Assembly: GCA_963810095.1 (NCBI GenBank)
Contig: CAWEMM010000006.1
Span: 288,001 to 352,000, forward strand
Direction: 5' to 3'
DNA length: 64,000 nucleotides
DNA from: an uncultured Chloroflexia bacterium
Lineage (GTDB): Bacteria; Chloroflexota; Anaerolineae; CG2-30-64-16
In this document: positions 1 through 11,897 of the stretch, piece by piece
How the letters are laid out: the number at the start of each line of letters is the position of its first letter
How positions within the stretch are numbered: the stretch's first letter is position 1
The notes under the pieces: generated by a model
Told to the model about the DNA's origin: nothing
What the model saw: only the letters and a program-made list of their open reading frames with translations
The model's database searches: none
Made by a program: the position numbers and the translations under genes

Positions 1-38
1 GGCTGCGGGACGAAGGTCACATTCCAAGGTGAGAACTG

Positions 39-135
39 CGAACCACAAAGACACCAAGCCACGCAGCGATACTCAGAACGCCTGCGTAAACCGGCCTTGG
101 TGATCCCTTCGTGGCCTTTGTGCCTTTGTGGTTCG
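39..135. repeat. REP-like palindromic repeat, family A (CCACAAAG...CTTTGTGG)
   Basis: CGAACCACAAAG (39-50) / CTTTGTGGTTCG (124-135) inverted arms; same arms recur at 6132, 11043, 24864, 29808, 36394, 42107. Confidence 0.8.
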
Positions 136-197
136 TCCCCTCGACGTTTCGCCGCGTTCCTTGCCGCGCACCTCGGTTTGGGCTATACTCACCCATT

Positions 198-1534
198 ATG
201 CGAGTTTACTTGGAAACGCTGGGCTGCCGGCTGAACTACGCCGAGATGGCCGCCCTGGGTCGGCAGCTGGCCGCGGCCGGGCACGAGCTGGCCGAGTCGG
301 CGAGCGAAGCCGACCTGTGTGTGCTCAACAGCTGTGCGGTAACGGGCGAGGCGGCACGTCAAAGCCGCCAGCTGGCCCGCCAGATGGCGCGGCGCAAATC
401 CTGCTTCGAAGCTGATCGTCACGGGCTGCTATGCCACCCTTGAAGGCGAAACGGTCGGCAAGCTGCCAAACGTCCAACTGGTCGTCGGCAACGCTCGCAA
501 AGACGAGCTTCTTTCGGTCATCCGGGAACAGGTCGCCGCAAGCAGCGGGCTGGAGGACGGGAGCCCGGACGTCTCGCCCCTGCCCCCATCCCACGCCACG
601 CCACACAGCCGGACGCGCGCTTTTGTGAAGGTGCAAGACGGCTGCCGGAATAAGTGCACGTTTTGCATCGTAACCGTGGCCCGCGGCGACGAGCACAGTC
701 GCGCCATTCCCGAGATCGTCGCCGAAGTGCGCAGCCTCCACGAGGAGGGCTACCAGGAGGCTGTCCTCACCGGCGTGCATCTCGGCGGCTACGGCTCGGA
801 TCTGGGGCCCGGCCTTGCAGATCTCACCTCTGCTATCCTCGCCGGGACGGCGATACCCCGCCTGCGCCTCTCGTCGCTCGAGCCGTTTGACCTCCAGTCC
901 GGCTTCTTCGACTTGTGGGCAACATCTGGGGGCCGCCTGATGCCGCACCTGCACCTGCCCGCGCAGTCGGGCAGCGACGCCGTGCTGAAGCGCATGGCGC
1001 GGCGCAACCGGGTGGCCGACTTCGAGCGGCTGGTCGAGGCGGCGCGCGCCGCAATCCCCGGCCTGGCCGTCACGACCGACCTGATCGTCGGGTTCCCGGG
1101 TGAGACCGAAAGCGATTTCGACGAGACCGTGCAGTTCGCCGAGCGGGCTCGGCTTCGCCCATATGCACATCTTCCCATACTCTGCCCGTCAAGGGACGGC
1201 CGCCGCACGCTTTAGCGGTCAAATCCCGGAGTCCGAGCGCAAGCGCCGGGTGCACCGGCTGACGGACCTGGACGCTCGCCTCGGTCATCAGGTGCACGCG
1301 TCTTTCGTCGGCCAAGTCCGTCCGGTCCTCTGGGAGAATGCGGCTGCTGAGACCCCCCGCGGCTTGTCTGAGGCCGCATCGGGCGACACCCGCCAGGTCA
1401 CGTGGTCAGGCTTGACCGACAACTACTTGCGGGTACGAATGACCCTCGATGCCGGTGTGGACCTCCACAACCGCATCACGAGCACTCATCTCGTGGGGCT
1501 CGACGGCGATGACTTGCTGGGCGCCCTGATTTAG
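198..1534 (+). CDS. mtaB: tRNA t6A methylthiotransferase MtaB (radical SAM), two apparent frameshifts
   Basis: TLGCRLN and NSCAVT in UPF0004 domain; KVQDGCRNKCTFC radical-SAM motif; HLHLPAQSGSD, DLIVGFPGET, HIFPYSARQGT spread over ORFs 111-443, 625-1215, 1100-1534. Confidence 0.85.
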
Positions 1535-1551
1535 GATAGGAGCAACAACAG

Positions 1552-2007
1552 ATGACCCTCGAAGAACGCCTGGACGCGGACCTCAAGGACGCGATGCGCA
1601 GCGGCGACAACGTCAGCAAGCTGGCGATCCGGGCCGTGAAGACCTCGATCACCGAAGCGAAGGTGGCCGGCACGGAGCAGCGCGCGCTCACCGACGAAGA
1701 CGTGCTCCGGATCTTGCAGAAGCAGGTCAAGCAGCGCCGCGACAGCGTGGCCGAGTTTACCAAGGGCGGTCGTCCGGACCTGGCGGTCAAGGAAGAAGCC
1801 GAGATCGCCGTCCTCGAGAAGTACCTCCCCCAGCAAATGAGCGAGGACGAGATCCGCGTGCGGGCACAGGCCGTGATCGCGGAACTCGGCGTTACCGATC
1901 AAAAAGGCATGGGCCCGGTCATGAAGCGGCTCACGGCAGACCTGCGCGGCCAGGCCGACGGCACGACCGTCAGCCGGGTGGTGCGCGAACTACTCGCGGC
2001 GCAGTAG
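1552..2007 (+). CDS. yqeY: GatB/YqeY domain protein
   Basis: DLKDAMRS, KQRRDS..EF..GGR.DL, YLPQQMS, MGPVM motifs; AGGAG RBS. Confidence 0.92.
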   Translation: MTLEERLDADLKDAMRSGDNVSKLAIRAVKTSITEAKVAGTEQRALTDEDVLRILQKQVKQRRDSVAEFTKGGRPDLAVKEEAEIAVLEKYLPQQMSEDEIRVRAQAVIAELGVTDQKGMGPVMKRLTADLRGQADGTTVSRVVRELLAAQ

Positions 2008-2022
2008 AAATCCAAGACGCTC

Positions 2023-4260
2023 ATGAGCGATGCCGCGCCCGACGCACCCATCGTGACGCCTAATGGGCCGCTCCAGGGGGAAGACATTCCCTGGAACGCC
2101 CGGCTGCGCGTCCTGCTCGTGTGGCTGGCGCTCCTCGTCTTCATCACCTTCGTCCTCGTGGTGCGATTACCCCTCACCGGGCAAGTTACGCTTGACGTAG
2201 GAGACGTTGCAGGCCGCGACGTCGTCGCACCCCGCCAGGTGACCTACGTCAGCGAGCTCCAGACCGAGCAGCGGCGGGAGATGGCCGCGAACGCGGTCGG
2301 CGAGGTGTACGATCCCCCACAGGCCCGCATCGGCCGGCAGCAACTCACCCTTGCCGGGCAGATTCTCGACTACATCAACACGGTGCGGGCAGACAGTTTT
2401 GCCGATCTCAGCCGCCAAGGCCGCGGCCATCAAATCCATCCAGGGCGTGGACCTCCCGGACAGCGTCGTCGATCGCATCGTGACTTTGCCGGGGCCCGCC
2501 TGGGAATCGGTGGCAACCGAAATCCAGGTCGTCCTCGAACGGGCGATGCGCGAGGAGGTCCGAGAGAACACCCTGGCCGACGAGCGCCGGAAGGTAGCCG
2601 CCCGCGTGCGGCTCGACCTGCCCGACGAGGACGCCGCGGTCGTCACGGATGTGGTCCAGGACCTGCTGGTGCCCAATAGCTTCTACAACCCGGAGCGCAC
2701 GACGCAGCGCCGGCAGGAGGCACGTGACGCGGTCGAACCCGTGACGCAGACGTTCGAACGCAACGAAGTGATCCTGCGGGCAGGCGACATCGTGACGGCG
2801 CCGGACATCGAGGCGCTGCAAGCGCTGGGCTTGCAACAGCGGACCTGGTCGTGGCTGGAGTTTGCCAGCGCAGCAGGTTTTGCGCTCCTGCTGAGCGTCA
2901 TCTTGCTCTACTACCTATGGCGGATGGAGCCGCAGCTGTGGTTCCGGCGCAGCGAGGTGCTGCTCCTCGGGCTGGTGCTTGCGGTGTTCGTGCTGAGCGC
3001 GAAGCTGGCCATCCCCGTCCGGACGGTCGCACCCTATATCTTCCCGTACGCGGCCCTGACGATCATCCTGTCCATCGCGCTCAATCCCCGGCTCGCCATC
3101 GTCGCCACTGCCCTCTTCACCCTGGTCATCGGATACCTCACCGGCGGCAGCGTCGAGCTCATGACCTACGCGTTGGCGGGCAGCTTGATCGGCATGCTGA
3201 AGGTGCGCCGCGGCGACCGGCTCGCAAGCTTCGCATGGGGTGTGCTCTATATCGCCGTCGTGAACCTGTTTACCGTGCTGGCATTCCGGCTTCCCTCCGG
3301 CCAGTGGGACTGGCGCGGGCTGCTCGAGTTGAGCACGGCGGCGGTGGGCAACGCGCTTGCCGCCATGACGGTCACCATTGCCGGCGCTCTACCTGCTGGG
3401 TGCGCTATTTGGCATCACGACCACCTTGCAGCTGCTCGAGATTTCGCGACCCACGCACCCCCTGCTGCGCCAGTTGCTGCTCAAGGCGCCGGGCACGTAT
3501 CACCACACCCTGATTGTCAGCAACATGGCCGAACGCGCCGCAGAGGCCATCGGCGCGGACGCCCTGCTCACCCGTGTCGGCGCGTATTATCACGATGTGG
3601 GCAAAACGATCCGGCCCTACTTCTTCGTGGAAAACCGGACGGAAGGCGCCGACCCGCACGCCCGGCTCGATCCTTACACCAGCGCGCAGATCATCGTCAC
3701 GCACGTGAAGGACGGCATCGACCTGGCGCGCAAGTACCGGCTCCCCAAGCGCATCATCGACTTCATCCCCGAGCATCAGGGCACCCTGTTGGTGTCCTAT
3801 TTCTATCACCAGGCAGTGCAGCAGGCGGGCGGGGCCGACAAGGTCGACAAGACGCAGTTCCAGTACCCCGGCCCCAGGCCGCGCAGCCGCGAGACCGCCC
3901 TGACGATGCTGGCCGACGGCGCAGAAGCGACCGTGCGCTCGCGGCGCCCGGCTTCGATCGAGGAACTGGACCATATCGTCGGCGAGAGCATCCAGAGCCG
4001 GGTGCTGTCGGGCCAATTGGACGAGTGTCCGCTGACCCTGTGCCGACCTGGCTGCCATCCGCCGGGCGTTCGTCGACGTGCTGCGCGGGCTGCACCATCC
4101 GCGAGTCGCCTATCCCGGCGAGGCGGCAGCGGCCGCTGCGCCCGTGTCCGCAGTTCCGCTGGGCTCGGCGCCTTCGGCGCCCGGCAGCAGCGATGAGACG
4201 CAGGAGGAACCGAGTGAGCCAGTCTCAGAAGCGATCAACGGGAACCAGCCCGCTTTCTGA
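2023..4260 (+). CDS. 7TM-HD (HDIG) phosphohydrolase, PgpH-like c-di-AMP phosphodiesterase; frameshifted
   Basis: N-terminal TM, extracellular domain, 7 TM region, [31 protein letters not shown]; directly upstream of ybeY-dgkA; shifts near 2410, 3380, 4040. Confidence 0.85.
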
Positions 4261-4268
4261 CGCAGACG

Positions 4269-4769
4269 ATGCCCGCTGTCGACGATGTCGACGAAGCAGG
4301 CGCGGAGATGTCGAGCGACCCCGACGCGGCGATCGTCGTCGAGGTCGACGACGAGTTTGCAGACCGGGTGAATGGCGCGGACCTGGTGGCGGCAGTCGAG
4401 GCAGCGCTCGAAGCAGAGGGGCGCTCAGGCGAAGTGACCGTGGTCATCACGACCGACGAGGCGGTGGCCGAGCTCAACCTGCAGTACCGCGAGACCGATG
4501 GTCCGACCGACGTCCTGTCGTTCCCTGCGCAAGACCCCACCCCCGGATTTGTCTCCGCGCCCGAGATGGCTTCGTACCTGGGCGACATCATCATTGCGCT
4601 GCCCTTCACCGAGCGGCAAGCGGCCAGCCTCAACCGGCCGCTGCAGGCCGAACTCCGCCTCCTCGCGGTTCACGGCACACTCCACCTGCTTGGATACGAC
4701 CACGCGGAGCCCGTCGAAGAGGCTGACATGTGGGCGAGGCAAGATGCGGTCCTTGCGCGCCTTCCTTAA
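4269..4769 (+). CDS. ybeY: rRNA maturation endoribonuclease YbeY
   Basis: LN.QYR..DGPTDVLSF, LGDIII, HGTLHLLGYDH. Confidence 0.95.
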   Translation: MPAVDDVDEAGAEMSSDPDAAIVVEVDDEFADRVNGADLVAAVEAALEAEGRSGEVTVVITTDEAVAELNLQYRETDGPTDVLSFPAQDPTPGFVSAPEMASYLGDIIIALPFTERQAASLNRPLQAELRLLAVHGTLHLLGYDHAEPVEEADMWARQDAVLARLP

Positions 4770-5119
4770 GAGCTTCGTCTACGCGAGCCAAGGCATCGCG
4801 CACGGGTTCCGCACTCAGCGCAACATGCGGGTGGAACTCGGTATCGCCGATCGTCGTCATCCTCGCCGGCATCGCCTTTCGCATCGCTCCCGTCGAATGG
4901 GCCGTGATCTTCGTGTGCATCGGCCTCGTGCTCAGCGCCGAACTGATCAACACCGTGACCGAGCTGGCGGTGGATCTGCTGACGCAGCGATATCACCCGA
5001 TGGCGAAGCTTGCGAAGGATGCCGGCGCGGGCGCGGTGCTGATCGCCGCGCTGGCGTCGGTGGCTGTCGGCATTGCGATATTCGGGCCGCGGCTGTGGCG
5101 GCTGTTCTTCGGAGGTTGA
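4744..5119 (+). CDS. dgkA: diacylglycerol/undecaprenol kinase (DgkA family), one frameshift
   Basis: SFVYASQG..TQRNMR in one frame then LVLSAELINT.E..VDL, AKLAKDAGAGAVL in another. Confidence 0.85.
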
Positions 5120-5122
5120 TGA

Positions 5123-6123
5123 ATGGCTCAGATGACGCGCCGCGAGCGCCTGGCGGCAACGGTGGCGGGCGAACCGGTCGATCGCACGGCGGTGGCCCTC
5201 TGGCGGCACTTTCCCGGCGACGATCAGCGGCCGGCCGACCTGGCCGCCGCGACCCTCATGTGGCAACAGCAGTGGGACTGGGACTTCATCAAGGTCTCGC
5301 CGGCCAGCAGTTTCTGCCTGCTCGACTGGGGTGCGGGGGATCGCTGGGTTGGCGGCGATGAAGGCAACCGGGAGTACACCCGCCGGGTCATCACAGAGCC
5401 CGAGGATTGGACGCGGCTGCGGCCGCTCGATCCAGGCAGCGGCGCGCTCGGCGCGGCAGATCGAGTGCCTGCGCCGCATTGCGGACGGAGCCGGCAGCGA
5501 AGTTCCGTTCCTCCAGACGGTCTTCAGCCCGCTCGCCCAGGCGAAGAACCTCGCCGGGCAAGAACGCCTGATCGTGCACCTGCGCCAGTCGCCGGACGCG
5601 GGTGCGGGCCGGGCTGCAGGTGATTGCCGAGACGACCCTGCGCTTCCTCGAGGCGGCGAAGGCGACGGGGATTGCGGGCATCTACTATGCGGTCAGCTGG
5701 CAAATTATGGCTTGTTGAGCGAGGCAGAGTATCGCGAGTTCGGCGAGCCGTACGACCGGCGCATCCTGCGGGAGGCGGGCGACCTGCTCGTTCAACATGG
5801 TCCACCTGCACGGCCCGGACGGGATGTTCGACCTGGTGGCGGAGTATCCCGCGCAGGCGCTGAACTGGCACGACCGCGAGTCAGGGCCGTCGCTGCGCGA
5901 CGGGGCAGGCTGCGCTTCGGGGGCGCGGTCTGCGGCGGGCTGGAGCACTGGGAGCACCTGCTGCGCGGCGAACCGGACCAGATCCGCCGGCTGGTGGCGG
6001 ATGCTATCGCACAGACCGGCGGCCGGCGCCTGATCGTCTCGTCGGGATGCGTCGCACCCGTCAATGCGCCGTTCTCGAACCTGCGCGCCGTGCGCCAGGC
6101 CGTCGAGGACGCTCCGGGTGTGA
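5123..6123 (+). CDS. uroporphyrinogen decarboxylase (URO-D/MtaA) family protein, frameshifted; 3' end approximate
   Basis: MTRRERL.A...GEPVDR, QTVFSPL, MVHLHG, LNWHDR, LIVSSGC motifs across several frames. Confidence 0.75.
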
Positions 6124-6131
6124 GGGGGATT

Positions 6132-6217
6132 AACCACAAAGACACAAGGACTCAAAGCCGCGCAGAGCTCCGACTGAGGAGACTTCGTGTACCTTTGCGT
6201 CTTCGTGCCTTTGTGGT
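6132..6217. repeat. REP-like repeat family A
   Basis: AACCACAAAGACAC ... GTGCCTTTGTGGT. Confidence 0.8.
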
Positions 6218-6228
6218 CAGGGGAACGC

Positions 6229-6779
6229 ATGGATAGAACTTACCTGTTTTGCCCGCACTGCTCGGCGCCGCTCGCCCAGGGCGAGAAGTTCGGCCGCACG
6301 CGCCGCTACTGCCGCTACTGCGGTTTCATCCATTTCGTCGAGCCGAAGGTGGCGGTGGCCGCGCTGGTCAGCGACGGCGATCACGTCCTGCTCGTGCGGC
6401 GCAGCGCCATCCCGCGCATCGGCTATTGGGCGCTGCCGGCGGGATATATGGACGCGGACGAACTTCCCGAAGAGGCGCTGGTGCGCGAGGTGGCCGAGGA
6501 AACCGGGCTGGCCGTGCGGGTGACCGGCGCTCGAGGCGTCGCACCCCTGGCAGGGTGGCAGGAGCGGCGGGGCATCCTGCTGCTGTACCGGGCACCGCGG
6601 GCGGAGCGGCGAGGGGACGCCGGCGCCGTCGCCGGCGACGACGTCAGCGAGGCGCGCTGGTTTCGCCGCGACGAGATGCCCTGGGACCGAGTTGGCCTTC
6701 GAATCGACTGCCGAGCTGGTCGGCCGGGTGGGCCGAAAGGTCTAGCCGAGCAGAGACCGTCGGAGCAAACAGCCGGTAG
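6229..6779 (+). CDS. NUDIX hydrolase with N-terminal Zn ribbon; 3' end uncertain (frameshift)
   Basis: FCPHCS..CRYCG Zn ribbon; WALPAGYMDADELPEEALVREVAEETGL Nudix box. Confidence 0.85.
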
Positions 6780-8651
6780 CCGTCGCCGCCGCCCTGTCAC
6801 GCACAAACTGCACGCCGTCAACCCAGATCTCCGTCCGGCTGCGGTGTCCGCGTCATTCTGCGAAGTAAACACGAGATTCAACCGGCCCGGCCGCCCGCAG
6901 CGCCGCCAGGTCCGCGGCGCTCCAGCGGTAGATATAGTGGTCCCAGTCCAGCCCGCCGGAGACCGTGTCTGCCGTGTTGCCGGTGCGCAGCAGCTCGCGC
7001 ACGGCGCCTACCATCGCTCGACGCGCCATTCGGCCGTGAACCAGTCGTCGAACGGCCATGCCGGCGACGAGCCGCGGCCGTAGTCCTGGGCGTCGATCCG
7101 GTAATCGAAGCGCAGGATCGCTGCGTTAGCCGCCTCGGGGATGGAAACGGTCTGCGTGACGACGCCGCGTGCCGAAGGCCCGCCCGCGAAGTAGCAGCGA
7201 CGCGGCTCCCGACGTCACCGTACCGGTTACCACCGCTGCAGCCGTTCCCGAAGCTTGCCAATCGCTCAGCCCCGCCTCGAACCCCCCGTTGCTCATCAGC
7301 TCGGTGCACCCTGGAGATCGATATCCTGCCCCGGTCCAGGCGCCGGGATCGGCGGCGGCGGCTCGCCAGCCGGCGTGGCGGCCAGCGCGCGGCCGGCATT
7401 GATGCGCCCGGCGCCGAAATAGATATCGCGGCCCGGGGTCCCAGGTCGTCGGCCGTGCTTTCGATGATCGCCCGCACCTGGTCGGGGGTGAGGTCCGGAT
7501 TGCGGCTCAGGATCAGCGCGGCCAGGCCCGACACGTGCGGCGTTGCCATGCTGGTGCCGCTCATGTAGCCGTAGCCTTCGGCGTAATCTCGGGCGGCTTC
7601 GTCGAGTAGATGCTCGAGCCCGGCGCGGCCACGTCGACCCAGTCGCCCCGGGTCGAGAAGGAAGACAGGTTGTCGTTCGCCGTCGTCGATGCGACTGCGA
7701 TCGCGTGGACGTGCGCGGCCGGATAGTGGTACTCCTCCCGGCCGCTGTTGCCCGCCGCGGCGACCACCACGACGCCGTGCGAGTAGGCGTAGTCGACCGC
7801 CGCTTCTTCGCCCAGGCTGTAGCTGCTTGCGCCCAGGCTCATGTTGATGACCCGCGCGCCGTTATCGGTCGCGTAGATGATGGCCCGAATCAGCGCCTCG
7901 TAGGTGCCGATGCCATCCTGGAACACGTCGACCGGCATGATCGTGGCGCTGGCCGGCGATGCCCGGCAATCCCCATGCCGTTGTCGATCCGGGCGGCGGC
8001 GATGCCCGCGACATGGGTGCCGTGGCCGTGGTCGTCGTCAGCGGCTCGTTGTCGCCGTCGGCGAAATCCCAGCCGTGGACGTCGTCGACGAAGCCGTTGC
8101 CCTCGTCGTCGATCCCGTTGTCCGGGATTTCGCCGGGTTGGTCCAGATGCGCATCCCGCAGGTCCTCGTGGCCATGTCGACGCCGGTATCGAGCACCGCG
8201 ATCACGATTTCGGGCCGGCCCAGTGTAGCATCCCAGGCCGCGGGCGCGCCGATCCGCTGCAAGTACGGCTGCCTGGAAGGACGCATATCGGGATCGTTGG
8301 GCACGGCGTCGAGGCGGATCGTGTAGTTCGGCTCGGCCCACTCGACGCCGCCCGATTCGGCCAGGTCAGCGGCTGCCTGCGCAAGGGCTTCGCCGGCCGG
8401 CAGCCGACAAGCGCAAGGCCAAGCTCGGGAATCTCGCGCAGCACCCTGCCGCCGCCGGGCAGCAGCGCCGGGTGAGCACCCGGTGGCAGCTTGACGAGCA
8501 GTTCGGTTGGCGGCGTGCGGCGCGCTCCCAGCTGGAAGCCAGCGGACCGGGAGCGGGATGCAGGCGCGCGGACGGCCAGCGAAGGCGGTAGGAGTCAGGA
8601 GAACGCCGAGCGCAGGAGCGCGAGCGCAATCAGGGAGCGGAACATGGTCAT
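6742..8651 (-). CDS. secreted S8 subtilisin-family serine protease, multiple frameshifts; ends approximate
   Basis: AEPNY, IAVLDTGVD, DNGIDDEGNGFVDDVHGWDF, INMSLG, VAAAGN, SGTSMATPHVSG; signal-peptide-like start. Confidence 0.85.
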
Positions 8652-8660
8652 GGCGATGCC

Positions 8661-9956
8661 TCAATGGTAGTGTGACGTGCGGGGGCCGACCCCGCTGGCC
8701 AGCTGGCCCAGCGCTTCCGCCAGGTCGTCGCCGTTCTTTACCACGTAGGCTGCCAAGCCGCTGGCCTGGAGATCGGCAAGCGTCGGCGCCCAGTCAGGTG
8801 CGGGCCCGAACGTGCGGCCGGCCAGCAGAATGGCGACGCCGTGGACGCCGCGGGCGCGCAGGCCGCGCAGGACGGTGACCCACCGGCTGTCGGTGGAAGG
8901 CGTGATGACGATCAGCGTGGTGTGGCGCGCTAAGGTTGCGCCGTCGGTCGCCAGCGCCTCGGCGATGGGCAGCCGGCCGCGCGCCTGGATGACGGCCAGG
9001 ATTTCCAGCAGGCGGGTCAGCTGGCGCTCGCCGCGGTCGGGCTGCACGACCTCCCGCGTCTCTGCATAACTGAGGAAGCCGACTTCGCGGTCGGACTGCA
9101 GGAAGTGCTGGGCCAGCGACGCCGCGATGGTGACCCCGTACTCCACCGTGCTGGGCGGCAGCTCCATGTGCTCCACCCGCCGCGTCAGCCAGGGCATCAC
9201 CGTATCGTCGTCCGCCTCGTTCCAGGGCGCCTCGGCGTGCGCGTCCTCGTACATGTCGAGGAACATCCACACGTCGGCCAGCGGATCGAGCTCGAACTCC
9301 TTCGAAATCAGCCGGCCCGTGCGGGCGGTGGACGGCCAGTGGATGCGGTTGATGCTGTCGCCGGGCACGTAGTCGCGTACGCCCGAGACGCTCGACGTGA
9401 CGTAGGGCGTGCGCCGGTGAACCGACTCGCCGCCCGGCAGGTAGCCGGTGGGCGGGCTGAAGCCGGGCAGGTCGACGGTCGGCGGCGTGACCACCAGCGA
9501 GGCCGTGTCCGGGGTTTCCCGCGTGAAACCGGAAAATGCCCAGCGGGTCGCCGCTGGTCAGGGTCACCGGGCCAAGCGTGAAGCGCCCGCGGCGCCGGGC
9601 CAGCGTGCGAACCTGCCAGCGGGAGGTCGCGCCGCGGCCGAGCGAATTGACGACCCGGCTCACCTGGTGGCCGGGCAAGTCAGAGAAGTCGTGCACTTCG
9701 ACCCAAAGCTTCGGCCAGCGCGGAGCGGTTCACGAGTTCGAGCGTCTCCTCGAAGTACTTGCCGACCTGTGAGCGGTGCGTGCGCGTCGCGCGGCGCAGG
9801 CTCAGCCCGCGCTGGTTGAGCCACGCCCACAACAGCGAGACCACGATCACGCCGTGACACGAAGTACCAGAGATTGAAGGCCAGCGTCCGGCCGGATGCG
9901 AACGCGAAGACCGCGGTCACGATCCAGAGCAGGAAAATCGCCCAGGAACGTCGCAA
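8661..9956 (-). CDS. DUF58 domain protein, frameshifted
   Basis: [46 protein letters not shown]; N-terminal TM. Confidence 0.85.
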
Positions 9957-9974
9957 GTAACGTCTCCCTTCCCT

Positions 9975-10958
9975 CTAGCGTCGCGCGGATGCGCGTGCCG
10001 GGCACGGGCACCGACTGGGCGATCTGGTCGACCACGGCGCGAGCCTCGACGTTCTTGATGCGGGCCGAGGGGCTGATGATCAGGCGATGGGCGAAGGTCG
10101 CTTCGAGCAGGGCCTTGACGTCGTCCGGGATTACGTAGGTGCGCTCCTGCAGGGCCGCGTAGGCTCGGGCGGCCCGGAACAGGGCCAGGCTGCCGCGTGG
10201 GCTGACGCCCAGGTAGATGTCGGGGTGGCGCCGGGTGGCATTGGCCAGCTCGACGATGTATTCCTTGATCAGGTCGTCCGCGTAGATCTGGCGGGCTCGC
10301 GGCCTGCGCCTCGATCAGCTCCTCGGCCGAGACGACCTGGCCCAGATCCTGCAGCGGGTGGCGCTCGCGCTGCGATTCCAGCACCCGCATCTCGTCGGCC
10401 GGCGACGGGTAGCCCAGGCTGACGCGCATCATGAAGCGGTCGATCTGCGCTTCGGGCAGCGGGAAGGTGCCTTCGTACTCGATCGGGTTCTGCGTCGCCA
10501 GCACCAGGAAGGGCCGCTCCATCGGGTAGGTCCGGCCGTCCACGCTGACCTGCCGCTCTTCCATGGCCTCGAGCAGCGCCGACTGCGTCTTCGGCGTCGC
10601 CCGGTTGATCTCGTCGGCGAGCACGATCTGGGCCATGATCGGGCCGGGGCGGAACTCGAACTCGCGGTCCCGCTGGTTGAAGATCGACACGCCGGTCACG
10701 TCGCTGGGCAGCATGTCGGGCGTGAACTGGATGCGGCGGAACGAGCAGCCGATGGACTTGGCGATCGGCGCGCGCCAGCATCGTCTTGCCGACGCCCGGC
10801 ACGTCTTCGATCAGCAGATGGCCCTCGCACAGGAGGGCGATGAAGGTCATCTCCACTTCGCGGCGCTTGCCGAGGATGACCTTCTCGACATTCTGAACCA
10901 CGCGGTCCGCAAGGGAACCGATCACCTGGACGTTGGCGGCGGCTTGCGTATTATCCAT
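9975..10958 (-). CDS. moxR: MoxR family AAA+ ATPase, frameshifted
   Basis: [58 protein letters not shown]. Confidence 0.9.
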
Positions 10959-11042
10959 GCGGTCAACTGACTCCTCTAGAGTGAAACAGAGAACGAATTA
11001 TACCCCGTCTGCCTGCTTATGACAACGACGACTCAGGACACT

Positions 11043-11118
11043 CACCACAAAGACACGCAGATACGAAGGCACGAAGGCAGTGTCGTGACAGCCTCGGTGT
11101 CTATTGCGCCTTCGTGCG
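11043..11118. repeat. REP-like repeat family A (degenerate)
   Basis: CACCACAAAGACACGCAGATACGAAGGCACGAAGG ... GCCTTCGTG. Confidence 0.65.
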
Positions 11119-11135
11119 TAAGGCGCTCTGTGCGC

Positions 11136-11164
11136 TTGCTCACGGCACGTAAGCCGTGTAGAAT
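11136..11164 (+). promoter_or_regulatory. putative sigma70 promoter for the two-component operon
   Basis: TTGCTC-17 bp-TAGAAT, 55 bp upstream of ATG 11219. Confidence 0.5.
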
Positions 11165-11218
11165 CATGCCAGAGTTTAGGTATACGGCCCGTCATTGTAC
11201 TTACCAAGATCGGGAAAT

Positions 11219-11896
11219 ATGGCAGAACACATCCTGGTCATCGAAGACGACCCGCAGATCGCGGATTTGCTGCGCCGCGGCCTGATTTACGAGGGCTACT
11301 CGGTCAAGGTCGCGGGGGACGGCGCCGAAGGCTTGGCGGCCGCGCGCGACCGCCAGCCAGACCTCGTGCTGCTCGACCTCATGTTGCCCGGCATGGACGG
11401 CCTGACCGTGTGCCAACGCCTCCGTGCGGCAAGCGACGTGCCCATCCTGATCCTGACGGCCAAGGACGCGGTGCCCGACCGGGTCAAGGGACTGGATGCG
11501 GGCGCGGACGACTATGTCGTCAAGCCGTTTGCGTTCGACGAGCTGCTGGCCCGCATCCGGGCCCTGCTGCGCCGGCGACAGCCCGCCGCGGCCGAAGAAG
11601 CCCTGCGCTTCGCCGACCTCAGCCTGAACCCGGCCACGCACGAGGTCTACCGGGGCGCGCGCCGGGTCGAGCTGACCGCCCGCGAGTTCGAGCTGCTGAA
11701 CCTGTTCCTGCAGCACCCGCGCCAGGTTATCACCCGCGATACGCTCTACGACCGCATCTGGGGCTACGACTTCGGCGGCGAGTCGAACATCATCGAGGTC
11801 TACATCCGCTATCTTCGCTCGAAGCTCGAAGAAGGCGGCGAACCACGCCTGATCCAGACCGTCCGCGGGGTGGGTTACGCGCTAAGAGAAGAGTAA
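11219..11896 (+). CDS. OmpR/MprA-family response regulator
   Basis: [46 protein letters not shown]. Confidence 0.95.
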   Translation: MAEHILVIEDDPQIADLLRRGLIYEGYSVKVAGDGAEGLAAARDRQPDLVLLDLMLPGMDGLTVCQRLRAASDVPILILTAKDAVPDRVKGLDAGADDYVVKPFAFDELLARIRALLRRRQPAAAEEALRFADLSLNPATHEVYRGARRVELTAREFELLNLFLQHPRQVITRDTLYDRIWGYDFGGESNIIEVYIRYLRSKLEEGGEPRLIQTVRGVGYALREE

Positions 11897-11897
11897 C

